Below are positions 43,541 through 56,761 of a DNA stretch of 64,000 nt, piece after piece. A program made the position numbers and the translations under genes. Every line of letters starts with the position of its first letter. The stretch's first letter is position 1. Source of the stretch: Lytechinus pictus (taxonomy: Eukaryota); contig NC_087245.1 of assembly GCF_037042905.1 (NCBI RefSeq), positions 8,062,001-8,126,000 of the forward strand, written 5' to 3'. The notes beneath the pieces were generated by a model. It was not told the DNA's origin, did not search any database, and saw only the letters and a program-made list of their open reading frames with translations.

Positions 43541-45527
43541 AGGCGCTTGAGAAAATTTTGGCGTTGGTATACTCATTACAATGAAAATGACCTATTGTTG
43601 GTAGCCTTATACTGACCAATAAGCTGTACACCCCCTCCATTAAAATATTTTCAATATGCGAGGGAGCGTAGCGACCGAGCGAAAAAAAAAATCACACTAT
43701 TAAAATGCTTGAAAACACCCTGATGGGTGTTAGGGCATTTAACGATAATGGGGGGGGGGGGGGTATACAGGACTGGTACGTTAAGGATCTTTTTCTAAAT
43801 AGCGATGTTCTCAAATTTTAGAGACCTTGAATGCAAAAAGGTTTTATAAACATAGCAAGATACGGGGTTTCATGTAATGATACCCTTTTATTTGAGGGAA
43901 TGTGGTGACCAGGTATAACATTTTGAAGTGAAACCTTGCATTTGGAGCACTTTGTGAACATCCGAATACATCTTCAACATCGTTAAATTACTTAATTGGA
44001 TACTCAGCATGCATACAGGCTGCAAAAGAATGACACCCCAATGATCACGAGCTGCCTTGTATAACACATAAGTCAACACAATAGAGTATTGTAGAGAAAA
44101 GAGTCAAATCATTCTACATGTTGCTTCTATCAGGAGACCGGGCGATCTTGTGAGACCGCGACGTTTGTAGAACGAGCTGACCAAGGTGTGAACATATAGG
44201 TATATTACAGGCAAATATAAGTATATCCCGCTGTTTTTCTTATGTTCTTATAATAAAGAACCACTGGTTTTCTCATTTGCTTTCCTCGGATGAATAAAAA
44301 TGTTGGCATTGAAGATGATCGCCCTTTATTTTCAATTGGTCTAAAGCCAATTCTTCCAAATGCCAACTCGTCTACTCTCATAATTATGATTTACCATCAG
44401 CCTGTCCACTATCCACATGCCCTAATTTCCAATTTCCAATTTGTCCACTCACCAAAATAACCAGTTGGTTTAAAAAAGCTTGTAGTATTTTCCAAATTTT
44501 ATCCTTTTTGATTTCTCAACTTTGCCCATCGTCTTCGAGAGGACATTTCCCTTCCACTTCTTAGCAATAAACATGCCATCAAGTGGTCAATAATGACCCT
44601 CACACAGCACACTCACTTGTGACTCACTATAAATTCTCTGAATTGGTACCTCTCTCTCTCCCCTCTCTCTTCGTTTACATCCTACATCACATTTGGGATG
44701 AAAACTACTACTTTCTTCTTTGGCACACTTCTCAAAGTTTTCTACTTTAGTAAACACGTATTTTGAGAACGTCATCAAATTCCATCATCTCACTTGGAGC
44801 AAATTAACTTCATCCACTGTGTCTTCCATTTCATCTCACATACAAGTTATCGTACTATATACCGTTTCTCCGTCAAAAATAAAAAATACCGCTTGTGCTA
44901 GCCAAGTTAGTTTTGTGATAATAATATGTGTAGTTTTGTGTATACACATACAAATACTGGGATCGTGCAAAAATTGGAACACTTTGAATACATGTATATT
45001 GGAGGATTGTCTGTCGGATTTCTCTACACGCATAAAGTCGGTAAGAGGAGATTGGCTCTTTAGTACTTGGTTGTAGCATGGACCTATTACCTATTCGTAA
45101 TAGGTCCATGGTTGTAGTTCCTCCAAAATACTCCTGATGGAATTTTAACTGGAGATTGTGGCTTGTTTCCATTACATCTTATAACTATAACCAACCCCCG
45201 CTTCAAGCCAATTACTCCATATATCACTTGGACTAAATACATTGGTATTAGACTAACCACAGGCTTGGCCTTTAAAAGTCAAGGACACTTTCACCTTAGA
45301 ACACCGTTATTTAAAAGCAGAATTGAACCAAAGTTCAAATTGTTATAACTTTAAGAAAAAGAAAAATTAGACAAGTTGATAGGTGAAAGTTGAATAGCGG
45401 ACAAATTGCTTCTCCAACTCCTTTCACCATAGAGCACCATTCTGTTTTATTTATTTTCTCCCTTCTACCACGACATTTTATGACCAACGCTGGATCCCCT
45501 TTAATGTCCATATTCATGGGAGGAGGG

Positions 45528-45588
45528 CACTAGCGTACCTACGGGGGGGCAGGGGGGCACTCTGCCCTCCCTGACGAGCTTTTGAAGA

Positions 45589-45619
<31 letters not shown>

Positions 45620-45757
45620 TTTGCTTGTCAAATTTTTTCTGGTACGAAAATCTTTATTTTGTATTGATGACCTTTCTTTTCTTTTTTTTGCTTGTCAAAT
45701 TTTTTGGCGGCCAATTTTGCCCCCCCCCCCCTGTGGAAAATCCTAGGTACGCCACTG
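45528..45757. mobile_element. hAT-type MITE, 8-bp TSD
   Basis: CACTAGCGTACCTA...TAGGTACGCCACTG flanked by perfect GAGGAGGG at 45520-45527 and 45758-45765. Confidence 0.88.
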
Positions 45758-46131
45758 GAGGAGGGTATAGATCCTCCATACCTAGAAATATTGGTGCATA
45801 TGTAATAAACACACTCAAATGGACCCCGCCCCCGCATACAAATCATTTGACCCGGGATTTGACCTATATTCATTCAGTTCTACTCAAATCTCATTACATA
45901 ATACTCGTAATATTAGTGCACCATATTGTGTTGAATTATTGCTAATTCTACCATGGATCCTATAGAACCATGATTTTACAAAAAGAAACCTCTGCAGATT
46001 ATAAGTATGTTTAATTTTAGACATTCTTCAGACAGTCTCTGTTATTCAAACATCCTGAAAAATAAGGATATTTACCGATCGAATCTTGCGATGTATACTT
46101 AGGTATAACCATCAAGAATTACCTTACGCTT

Positions 46132-46739
46132 TTAAAGGAATGGTCCGGGCTGAAAATATTTATATCTAACTAAATAAAGTAAAATTTACAGTGCAATATG
46201 CTGAATATTTCATCAAAATCGGAAAACAAATAACGAAGTTATTTAATTTTAAAGTTTATCAATATTTTGTGAAAACAGCTACATGCACATCGTCATGAAT
46301 ATTCATTAGATGGGCCGATGTCACCTACCCACTTTCCCTTTTCTTATGTTATTACATGAAATCATAAATGTTTCATTTTTCCATTATGTAAATGATATGT
46401 CTCATTTTATGATGAAATAAGTTGCGGCAGTAAATAACTACTGCATTTAATCTGTTGTCCATCCAATTGTTTTAGTTCATGGTAGAGAATGTTTGAATAA
46501 ACCTAATTTCATATAATAAAAGTCAAAAGAAGTGGGGATATGACTTCATCCGCCCACCTATAATGAATATTTATAAAGACATGCCTAGAAGAACCGTTTC
46601 ACCGGAATAATGCAAATCTTTCAAATTCAATACTTCGTTATTTGTTATCCGATTTTGATAAAATTTTCAGCATTTTGCTTTGTGAATTTTACTTTATATA
46701 TTGAGATATAAATATATCCAGCCTGGACCATCCCTTTAA
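46132..46739. mobile_element. Kolobok-like TTAA MITE
   Basis: TTAA|AGGAATGGTCCGGGCTG...CAGCCTGGACCATCCCT|TTAA with long subterminal inverted repeats. Degenerate relatives lie at about 59993-60590 and 62500-62944. Confidence 0.8.
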
Positions 46740-49700
46740 CAATATATTTTGAGAAAAAGTGTCCCCTGCAAAGAACTCGTACAACATTTACGTAGAACCC
46801 GTTTATACTCAATACGCCCCCATATTTCCTTCCTCTCAATAGAAGAGAGCTTGTATGACTTGTGCGATCGTGCCCCCTTGATTAGGTGCATATTTCATAA
46901 TTGGTGTTTCCTTCTTCTTTTGTATCATATTCTCTCTTTTAGTGGAGCCCCACCCCATTTATCCATGGCCATCTGACGTTCCTTTCATATTTGCGTTCAG
47001 TATGAGTGTTATAATCCTTCTCGCTTCTTTGCTTTTGTTCTCATTTTAAACGCATTCATTCAATTAGTCATAAGCCTAATTTCAGAAATATTTAGTTTAT
47101 CTTATGAAAGTTTTGATGTGATTGAGATTATTGTATTCGGTTTGCTTTGCTATAACACGATGATTTGCATCTGTTGATTTTGTTTAAAATTGATTTGTAT
47201 GTTCGAAATTGAAAATAAAATGAAAAGGTGACAAATTGATATTATTATTCTTTAGGATGTTGTCTAAGCTAATGTCTCCTTTAAAGTTTCATTTTCCATA
47301 TCTATTCTTCATGTTTTTATTCGCTGCGAATAATGAGTGTTCAGCTAATGCGGTGAATGCATGCAGTATGTACATTACAAACAAAAGCAAAACTATAATT
47401 GGGTAAACTTTGCATTTTATCTATTTTTTCAATATACAAGAACTGGAGTAAAGCCAACTGTAACTTTTAACCCTTTTTTGCCATAACGCTTTCTGCAGGG
47501 ATCTGTGGAAAATAGCACAGAACAGTAATAGATTTAAAATGCGATAAATTTATAATAACATTTACAATTCATATAATATTATCAAAGTCATGCTGTGATA
47601 TCGTACTATTCGAAAACTGATGAAGGTGTTGCTGGAGTTTTCCCAGTAAATTGCAAAAATAATGAGATTGGAACAGCCACTATATCATTATCAGCACATA
47701 TTTTTTTTCTGTTTCCTGTTCGACGGTGCCACAAAATTCTGGGCCTTTCAGATCCGTAAAAGTACAAAAACAACACAAACGCGACGTACTACCATATTTC
47801 CATTTTCAGGACTAATAATGGATAGTTCTGATCTTCTGTACTGCCAAAGAATGCTGCAGAATACCGCCGTGTAGTCGTGTTTTTCATCTACAATGCATGC
47901 TCTACCAAAAGTTATTTTTATTTTAAAACTTATTCTTATTACTATAGATATCGGTGTAAATGTAAAATTCACTGTAAGCCTGCACTGTTTTTTAAATTTC
48001 GTGAAAGTCTGGGAGTGAGATTAAGCGCATTGTGGCCGCAATCGAGAGGGAACGGATACTCCCTGTAGGATCGTAAATCCCATCAGCGAAGTGATTCGCT
48101 TGGGCCATTCAGGGCCAAACGGCCATTATATTTGAGACAGATTCTAGAAGTGGCCTTCTGGAGGATCATAAAAACTAACTTTGCTCTCGAAAATTTTGAG
48201 ATGAAAATCCGTTAAAAATAGTTAAAAAATTAGAGACTTTTATGCGAGAAGTGGCTCTCGTTTTATTGAGAGTAAAACGAGAGAAATTCCTGCTCGTGTT
48301 CATAGTGAGTGGCACCATCATCAGATTTGAAATCAGCACCCTTGATTGTCAAGAATCCATAAATTAACATCGCAGAAATAAAGATAAAGAACAAAGATAA
48401 AAAATAATCGATTCATCATTATAACAAAACACATGAATCTTAGACTACGCAGTGAACAAGACTTTCGTCAAGAGGATACCTGTTGTCATGGTTACGGATA
48501 AGGGTCATTACAAGGGCTGAGACTTTCTGAGTATGTTTCGGTGGAGGGCTTTTCATCTCCTCCAAGAGCAAGGTCAACCAGTAAAATACCTTCATCTGGA
48601 ATGGATCGCATTATTTTACGGCTTATGTGTTTATACCAGTGAACTTCAACCCCCAAAAGAGTTGGCACGCATACACTTGAGCCAACATCAGATGAAGAAC
48701 GGTCGTATGAAAAAATGGGTGTTCATCTATGGTTTGATCATGGATATAACTTTTCATCACTTTTGTCAAACGTAAAAGCAAGTCTCACTTCTAAATAAAA
48801 CGACACGATAGTAATAGCAGCAATAATAACATCGATATCAATGATGGCAAAATTAATAAATATAGCAATAATCATAATTATAGTAATACTATATGATATC
48901 AATTGCATTGATTATGACGATGATGATGACGACTACGACGATGTTGATGATGATGATGGTCTGAATGATGATCACATGATGATAATGCTGCTTTTGATGA
49001 TGGTCACTGTCTTTTCGATTCCACTCCTATGGGCCGAGGAGCTATCACATAATGCTTTTTTTTTTTAAGATATATATAAGCCTAAATAAAAAGGAAGGAT
49101 GCCAGTGAAAAGTGACAATGCCAAAATAGAAGAAAGATTCATAAGTACATTAATACAATAATTACATACCTATAAGCTCGCTGTTCCTTCAAACTTCAGA
49201 GGGTACTACTAATAGGCTGATGGACGTAAATCACAAGATAAAAAGTAGGTTAGGGAGATACTTTGATTTAGAATTCATTAAATTTTCTCATTATGGCCTA
49301 TTACGATATGATAATACCTTAGCTGTACAAATGAATCGACCTAATTTATGCAGGTTACACAGAAGCAAACAATGAAAATACTAGCTTTCATGACCAATCA
49401 AAAATTATAACATTCCAGTCAAGTGATACATACCAGATGTGATGAACTTTGACCTACTGGGGCAAGACGGAGGTTGACGGTGATGATAAAATCCACCTCG
49501 AACCACCAAAGAAAAAACGGAGAGCTGGTTGCCAACGCTACAGGAGCCTGCTGTACAGTATTATAGGTATGCGGCGATGCAATGTCCGGTTGCATTTATG
49601 GTAAAGCTTCTCCTTCCCCAGTTTCAAAGTTTGTAATGAATGTTTGAAGATGGTGACTACAACAAATTAAACCTGATCCAATTTCGAAGAAAGCAATGAA

Positions 49701-49962
49701 TGCCAAACCTCCTATTCATTTTCAAGACAGTTAAAGACTGACTATTGACATGATTGAAGTGAATCTTGATCAACGACGCTCTTCCTGATAACGAGAAGAG
49801 AGTTGTGGCAGAAAGGTGAAGGAAGAATAACCCCCACATTCTCTTGTCTTGCATCTCGTAGCAAATAGCCTTGCCTAAAGCACTTTTATCGTTTTCATCC
49901 GGTCGTCACCATTTACATGTTTTATAATATATTTTAAAATAGTGATAGATTTGTTTTAGTAC

Positions 49963-50326
49963 AATCTTAAAAATGTTGGGCAACATACTTCTGGGTAGTT
50001 TTAAACCACCAATAATGTGTGCTTTGGGTGAAAACTATATGCACAGTGCAGGGATCGCGGAAGCGGGGGGCTGGGGGCTTCAGCCCCCCCCCCCCCCACT
50101 TTTTTCCAAAACCATGTACAAAAACGTAAAAAATGACCATAGGATTGTGATTTTTTGCATGGTCAGCCCCTCCACTTTTGGCTCAGCCCCCTCCCCCACT
50201 TTGAAAACGTTTCCGCGGCCCCTGCAGTATTGGTTGACAACTACCCAGTGTTCGATAAACTTTCAAACCATTTTATGTGTAGACAGTATGTTGCCCACCG
50301 GATGTTGCCCAACATTTTAAGAGTGT
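49963..50326. mobile_element. CACTA-like MITE with nested CAGGG-terminal MITE (50049-50224)
   Basis: The host matches the 23284 family. The insert matches 1314-1456 and is flanked by CAGTG/CAGTA. Confidence 0.8.
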
Positions 50327-52427
50327 ATCATTGCCACTTTCATTCGGAAAATCGAAAACTCCAACAAATTACAACCCCCCCCCCCCTCTCCCGTAACGGC
50401 ACACGGGGTATTAAAATGGCATACACTATTTTTCACATCGGCCCCGATACATTGTATTTTTTTTTTTAAGTTAAAGTATATCTCTTCTGTTTTTGTGTGC
50501 TCTTCTCTATTTTAATTGCTACCCTAGTTTTGACAAGTGTAAGTCCACAACAAATCGACATTATCGTTTCATTCAAATTTTATCGGAGGGAATTTGATCT
50601 TTAACATAGCCAGTCCATAATGTGAATTAGACTCGAGTATCATCTAACATGATATTAAACTTTAAAAAAACTATGGCCATTGAATCTTTGTCCAACCGTC
50701 AATTCTTTTAGAAACTTTAAATCTTGATTCTTTAGCTATCCACTCTCTCTGGGAAATGTTTTTATCTTCCTTTACAAAGGATGATTACAGAACTTATATT
50801 TAAAATAACAGTGATTATATATCAGAAAGCAGCAAGAGTGAAATTTCCAACCATTTCTTGCATGCTTGGGAGGAGGTTTGGGTAAATAAAAAAAAACAGA
50901 TATATCATTTTCATCGGGCACCCAAAGTCCAAATGTATTGTGAAGCATAATCGCAACATTTTATCAAATAAATCACACACACTTATGCATGGTGTTTCTT
51001 CCACACCACAACTATTTTAGGAATACATGTTTGTGAGTGTAATCTAGCAATAAATTGGAAGAATGACAGACATTTTTTTTGGGGGGAGGGGAGTTGGGAT
51101 TTACCATAACTTGAAATGAATACAGATTTTGAAAAGAAAAGTAACGTGTGACTATGCATCCTTATGAAGGATCGACCAATACTTGATTTGGGAACAAAAT
51201 ATAATTGGTCTGAATAAAAACCACGAATTTCCAGCAGTTATAACCTTTCTCCTGATAACCTCCCCGATATCTACCGGGAAAAGACGAAGATTTACGAGCT
51301 TCTAATATTGAGTTGCCGTTACAGAGTAAATATTCAGTCGGCTCACATTAAACAAAACATTCATCAAAAAATCATGGGGTATTGTTTTTTCATTATTTAT
51401 TCATCTTCATGCAAAAATGCTAATTCATGCATAAAGCGGTATTCCAATGGGATAAAAATATAAAATAACACGTTATTTATAAATATAAAACGTTTTATAC
51501 ATCTCTGCCAGATCAATCCCCCTTCAAATTTCCTCACAGAACATTATATTGAAAATCAAATCTTTATGCAGAAATATACCAATATATGTAAATTGCTAGT
51601 AATTTAGGCATGAATTAATATATCAGTGTAATAAACAATATAGTAGTGTGAAGCCTTTTGTATATTTCTTTCAGAGATTTCTTACAGGAAATAATATTGA
51701 AAATCAAATCTTCAAGCAGAAATATGCCATTATATGTAAATTACTAGTTATTTCCGTATAAATCAATATTTCAATGTAAATAACAATATAACATTGCAAA
51801 ACAGGGTTTTCATTTTTTTTGTATAATCTTTGTCAGTTCAATACCTTTGAAATTCCTCTGAGAATTTGTTTTAATCTATAACATAAAATGTTAATTCCCG
51901 TACATGAACAGTAATCTATGCATTCATGTAAATCAGCATTCCAATGGTAAATGTAAAGAATACCCATATCTTTATCTGATCAAATACTCCAAAGGCAGAA
52001 AATACTATTGAAAATCACAACTTGGTGCCTAAATATGTTAATTTATGTAAATGAGTAACAATTCATGCACAAAGCAGTATGCGATAACCAAATAATAAAT
52101 TGCCTTAATAAGGGCGGAACTTTTTTTCTATCTTTATCAGATCAATAAGTTCATGTTCTTCACATAACATGTTATTGAAAATCACATCACATTTCCATGC
52201 AAAACTATGCTAATTTATTCAAATGAGCAGATAATTAGCATTCCAATGAAATTAAATGAAATATATAAAACCAGTAAAGCTAGCTTTCTAGAACGAGAAA
52301 ACTTATCAGATGTCCCATGGACAGGATGAGTAGAAAAAACCTTTGGATCTCGCTACCACTAAGTATATCCTGTCATAGAAGAAGTCATAATTTTTGCTAC
52401 CAAAGTAGTTTTTTTTAATGAGAACAG

Positions 52428-52703
52428 GGGCCCGTCTTACAAAGAGTTACGATTGGTCCGATCAATTGCAACTATGGAAAGCCAGCAAAGTCAACATATA
52501 AAATGCATGTTTGCTCAAAAATTTTATCTACATATGAATGAGTGTATACCCATAAATTCATTGATTTCTTGACAATTTGGTTTGTTTTCCTTTGTTAACA
52601 AAGAACATTTTGCAAATTTCCTGCAGAAAAAAATATGACACTGATGGATTTCCATAGAGTTACGATTGATTGGATCAACCGTAACTCTTAGTAAGACGGG
52701 GCC
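52428..52703. mobile_element. PIF/Harbinger-like MITE
   Basis: GGGCCCGTCTTACAAAGAGTTACG...CGTAACTCTTAGTAAGACGGGGCC with 3-bp flanks CAG/TAG. A possible relative lies at about 30-198. Confidence 0.7.
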
Positions 52704-52707
52704 TAGG

Positions 52708-53069
52708 CACTGACGTACCTAGGATTTCCCAGAAGGGGGGCACATTTTTTGGAGGATATTTCGTCCGCGAAAAAATTTGACAAGGAAAAAAAAAAAAAAG
52801 GTCTTCAACCACAAATAAAGGATTTCTTACCACAAAAAAAATTTGACAAGCAAAAAAAAAAGGTCTTCAGGTTCAAAAGAGGGGGTACACGTCTGTTTTT
52901 ATTGCATTTTTACATTAGAAATTATTAATTTGGCTTCTCAAAAGGGGGGCACGTCCCCTGTATCAGTTGTGACTCGTCAGGGGGGGGCAGGCATACGTCC
53001 CCTGCATGAGTTGTGACTCGTCAGTGGGGGGCAGTCTGCCACCCCCCCCCCCGTATAGGTATGCTAGTG
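52708..53069. mobile_element. hAT-type MITE, 8-bp TSD
   Basis: CACTGACGTACCTAGG...TAGGTATGCTAGTG flanked by perfect GGCCTAGG at 52700-52707 and 53070-53077. Same family as 30257 and 45528. Confidence 0.88.
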
Positions 53070-53397
53070 GGCCTAGGTCATACATAATGGTCACGTATAA
53101 GCAGATACCAGAACACTTGCTCACCTAGTCCAGATTGGACCTTGGTGTTTGGAAGTTTTCTTTTCCAGAGCTAACATAGAGGGCACATGACTCCCACTCT
53201 CTAATCAGCACCAATCCACTCATCGATAAGATTATAATTGACAGGTTCGAAGGCTCAAGATATGATTTTTGGTGTTGAATTATACTTGTACCAGTAAATT
53301 GGTAACGAAGTACACAACGCAGGAAATACATTACATCATTATCACCAATGCTATCGATTTAAGTTTCATACATTTTTTTATCTCATTTATTTTCAGT

Positions 53398-54291
53398 TCA
53401 AAGTTCTTCGATGAATTTTGGTTTCGGGAAGCCGAATATTTCAAAGTCCTTTTCATAAATCTTCCACAGTTTTTGTAAACTGTCCTTTGGCAAGATTCGG
53501 AAAGCTTTTTCAAACGTTTCAGTGCTGTTTGTGGGGTGACTATTACTTTTTGACGGATAGTCAACAAATGAGTCTAACTGCAAATCGGTTAGCATGTATT
53601 TTGCGTCATCTACGACAGTTTCTAGATTTCCCACGTAATCGTATTTAATCTTACACGGTGCACATATTTTGAACATTTCTTCCCAATGGTCGTCAAAGAA
53701 TGGCCGCTTAGGTTGAGTCAAAAATTTTACAAATTCTGTCCAAGTTATATTTTCACCCGTTCTCAGCTCTCTCGATGTTGCATGCGGTCTGAATTGCTTC
53801 ATGATGGTTTTTGCAAATCCCTGGAAGTATTTATCCTTTCGGTACTGAATAATATTCCCATATTTATTGTTGAATGCTGATAGCAAACGCACGAATGGAT
53901 TGCGCACGTAAATGAACTTCTTGTATGTTTCCAATTTATGTTGTCGATCTCGGGGTGTGAATCCAGCAAGGCGCTTCATGCCGTTGTTAAAGTGGACTTC
54001 ATCAGATGAAATCTCGCTTAACTTTTTCTTGCTCCCATTCAGTATCATCATCACCCTCTTCCAATTGCTACAGCCAACTTTAGGGACGAAACAATAGAGA
54101 AGATTATGTTTGTCATTAACGTATATATGGCGATATGTATTGTCTGTGATAGCGCCTCGAATCAATTCAGGATACTTGGCACAGCTTTGATCTGTCATCT
54201 CTCCTCTCAATCTGTTGATTTCACTTTGTATTGACATGAACTGATCTATGGTGTTATTATTTTCATTCGCTTTTTCCTTCATCTCATTGTC
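53398..54291 (-). CDS. Carbohydrate sulfotransferase (Sulfotransfer_2 family, CHST11/CHST8-14-like), catalytic last exon
   Basis: 5'-PSB motif LLYCFVPKVGCSNWKR, 3'-PB motif FIYVRNPFVRLLSAF, DDHW, CAPCKIKYDYVGNLET and YEKDFEIFGF. Acceptor tcgttttag precedes DNEMKEK, phase 0. Confidence 0.95.
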   Translation of the reverse strand, partial: DNEMKEKANENNNTIDQFMSIQSEINRLRGEMTDQSCAKYPELIRGAITDNTYRHIYVNDKHNLLYCFVPKVGCSNWKRVMMILNGSKKKLSEISSDEVHFNNGMKRLAGFTPRDRQHKLETYKKFIYVRNPFVRLLSAFNNKYGNIIQYRKDKYFQGFAKTIMKQFRPHATSRELRTGENITWTEFVKFLTQPKRPFFDDHWEEMFKICAPCKIKYDYVGNLETVVDDAKYMLTDLQLDSFVDYPSKSNSHPTNSTETFEKAFRILPKDSLQKLWKIYEKDFEIFGFPKPKFIEEL

Positions 54292-54639
54292 CTAAAACGA
54301 TAAAAGATATAGAAAGATAGAGACCAGGTGAATGTGTCTATGAACAAATCTGCTGCATAAATCCAGAAAATAAGCAACAACCAATGATCGAAAACACTAA
54401 ATGTAGACATTGTTTTCATTTTAAAATATCAACTTCTAATGGAAAGCAGAACACTATTTCTTTGGAAAAATCAGATCAAAACTTCCAATCTAATCAAAAG
54501 TGATATTCATAATGGCGCATAGGATGATAGTAGGATGATTGATCATTCTTTCAAGGTCAAGTTCAGGAGAAAAAGACAGAGCATATCAAAATTAGTACCG
54601 TTACCGTCAAAACTTTTCAATTCTGCCGACATGGTGACA

Positions 54640-55243
54640 TTAAGGGTCAAGTCCATCTCAGAAAAATGTTGATATTAATCAATAGAGAAAAATGAGACAT
54701 GCATTATGCTAAAAGTTTCATCAAAATCGGATGTAAAATAAGAAAGTTATGACATTTTAAAGTTTCGCTATAGTTATCTGCAAAATTTAGACACATACAA
54801 ATGAGAGAATCGATGATGTCCCTCACTCACTATTTCTTTTGTTTTGTCTTGTTCGAATTATAAATTATTTCAATTTTTACAGATTTGACAATGAGGACCA
54901 ACTTGACTGAGCCATAAAATGTTAAACAATGGTAATTTAACATGTTCAGGGAGAAATAAAACTTTGTTTCACCTGATAATGAGGAGAAAATTAGAATATT
55001 TCATATTTCATATAATAAAATACAAAAGAAATAGTGAGTAATTGATGTCATCATTTCCCTCATTTGCATACCGACCGGGATGTGCATAATATATAACTGT
55101 TTTGTGAAATTAATCGAAACTTTAAAATGTAATAACTATTTTATTTTACATCCGATTTTGATGAAATTGTCAGTGTTATGCTTGTTGGATTTTTAGCTTT
55201 TTATTCAAATCAACTTTTTGTTGAGGGTGGACATGTCCTTTAA
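54640..55243. mobile_element. Kolobok-like TTAA MITE in the sulfotransferase intron
   Basis: TTAA|GGGTCAAGTCCA...TGGACATGTCCT|TTAA. A fragment of the same family lies near 21110-21358. Confidence 0.75.
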
Positions 55244-55620
55244 GTGCCTGCCAAGTCAACTTCTAAAAGGTTATTATGGTATCATGCAAACGTATATTAT
55301 CTCACCAAGTCGTCTTAGCCCTTAAAAATATATAATGTCGCCACAATGACTAGTATCTTTTAAAAGTTAACTAAGTCGACATGAGGATATAATTATCGTC
55401 AAGAAGATGCTCTTTGAATAATTCGGTATACTTCAAGGATGATACATACAGCATCAGACATGTCAGACCTGACTGTCTGAAAAGCTTTAATCGATATCAA
55501 GGTGTTATTTCAAAGGAGTAAAAACTGATACGCGGACATAAACCCTCTGCAATACAAATCAAACGTTATTAATTTGGATAAAGATAAAAACGAAACACTA
55601 AATAAAGAAATAATCATTAC

Positions 55621-55811
55621 ATCTTTTTCAGATTTCTGATCAACGGTCTCCGCCTTTGGCTTCTCGGTGAGATTTTGAAGGGAGTCATGATGCTCACGAA
55701 TTGCCCGATTAGAAAATTGTCCCGCTGCTCCATCTGCTGGAGCGTGGTCTGGCTGTTCCCATGGAAAAGGAGGTGGGATGTTTTTGTGTGGCTTTTCCAA
55801 GCTGATGCTTA
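55621..55811 (-). CDS. Carbohydrate sulfotransferase, stem-region exon
   Basis: ttgttttcag acceptor and gtaatg donor, 191 bp, phase 1/0. Reads (V)SISLEKPHKNIPPPFPWEQ...KSEKD, compatible with both neighbouring exons. Confidence 0.8.
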
Positions 55812-56449
55812 CTGAAAACAAATGGAAAAGTATATTAGCAATGTACTCTTCAATCAAAATTGAGTTTTACAAAATTCGATGCACTTGCCCCAAAACAAAA
55901 GACAATATATAAACCCATGATCTACTGTCGTGAAGCTAACAAGGCATAAATTAGATACGTTTTCTCTGCTGTCATGTGGATGCACAAACTATAGTTTGGG
56001 TATGGATGTGAGTGCATTTTACAGAACTCAATAAAAATATATAATTATAACATTGAAGTTTTATGATAACAAATTATACTAATATCAATTATAAAGAAGA
56101 CAATTTAAAAAAATTAACAATAATAATGATGTGGGGAAATAGTCAGTGTGATAATCATAGTAAGAAGTGATCAGACGCTAATACAGAAGGCGAAGGGGCA
56201 CATCCAACCCCCCCCCCCCCCCTTCCACATTCGTACACACAGCAACTAGCGCATCCTCTGGAAGTTTTAGGGGGAAATATTGAACCCTTGTAACGAAAAT
56301 GCTGTGCCTCGCCCATTCTGAAATCCTTGATCCGCCCCAGGAACTAACTATATATCAAGGGATGAGATAACCATAGAATTCTGGAAGAAGTCCGACTGCT
56401 GTTTGATAACAGAGCAAAAAGATGTTGAAAAAAAACATTTGTACATTAC

Positions 56450-56558
56450 CATCAAATGTCTGGCTTGTTGAAAGGTATACTGCCATGTAGACAAAGCAAA
56501 CCATGATGAGAGTCATCACACCCCATCGACGCATAAACCTTCCCCGTATCATCCTCAT
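56450..56558 (-). CDS. Carbohydrate sulfotransferase, first coding exon (type II membrane anchor)
   Basis: MRMIRGRFMRRWGVMTLIMVCFVYMAVYLSTSQTFD gives a basic cytoplasmic tail plus TM helix. Phase-1 gtaatg donor. An acceptor at 56565-56567 implies an upstream exon. Confidence 0.8.
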
Positions 56559-56761
56559 GAGGCCCTGTAATATAAGATGAAGATCAAATTTCAGTTCATT
56601 ACTATTATCAAACCCCTTCAATGATTAAGTGTCTGTGTTAATGTGGATGATTAGTTGGTTTTGATAATCAAGCTACAGTATTAAAAACAGAATATTATCC
56701 TCGGGTCAAATGAGTATATTACGCCTTCTTGGTAAACTTGACTGAGAGCTGCATGTCACTA

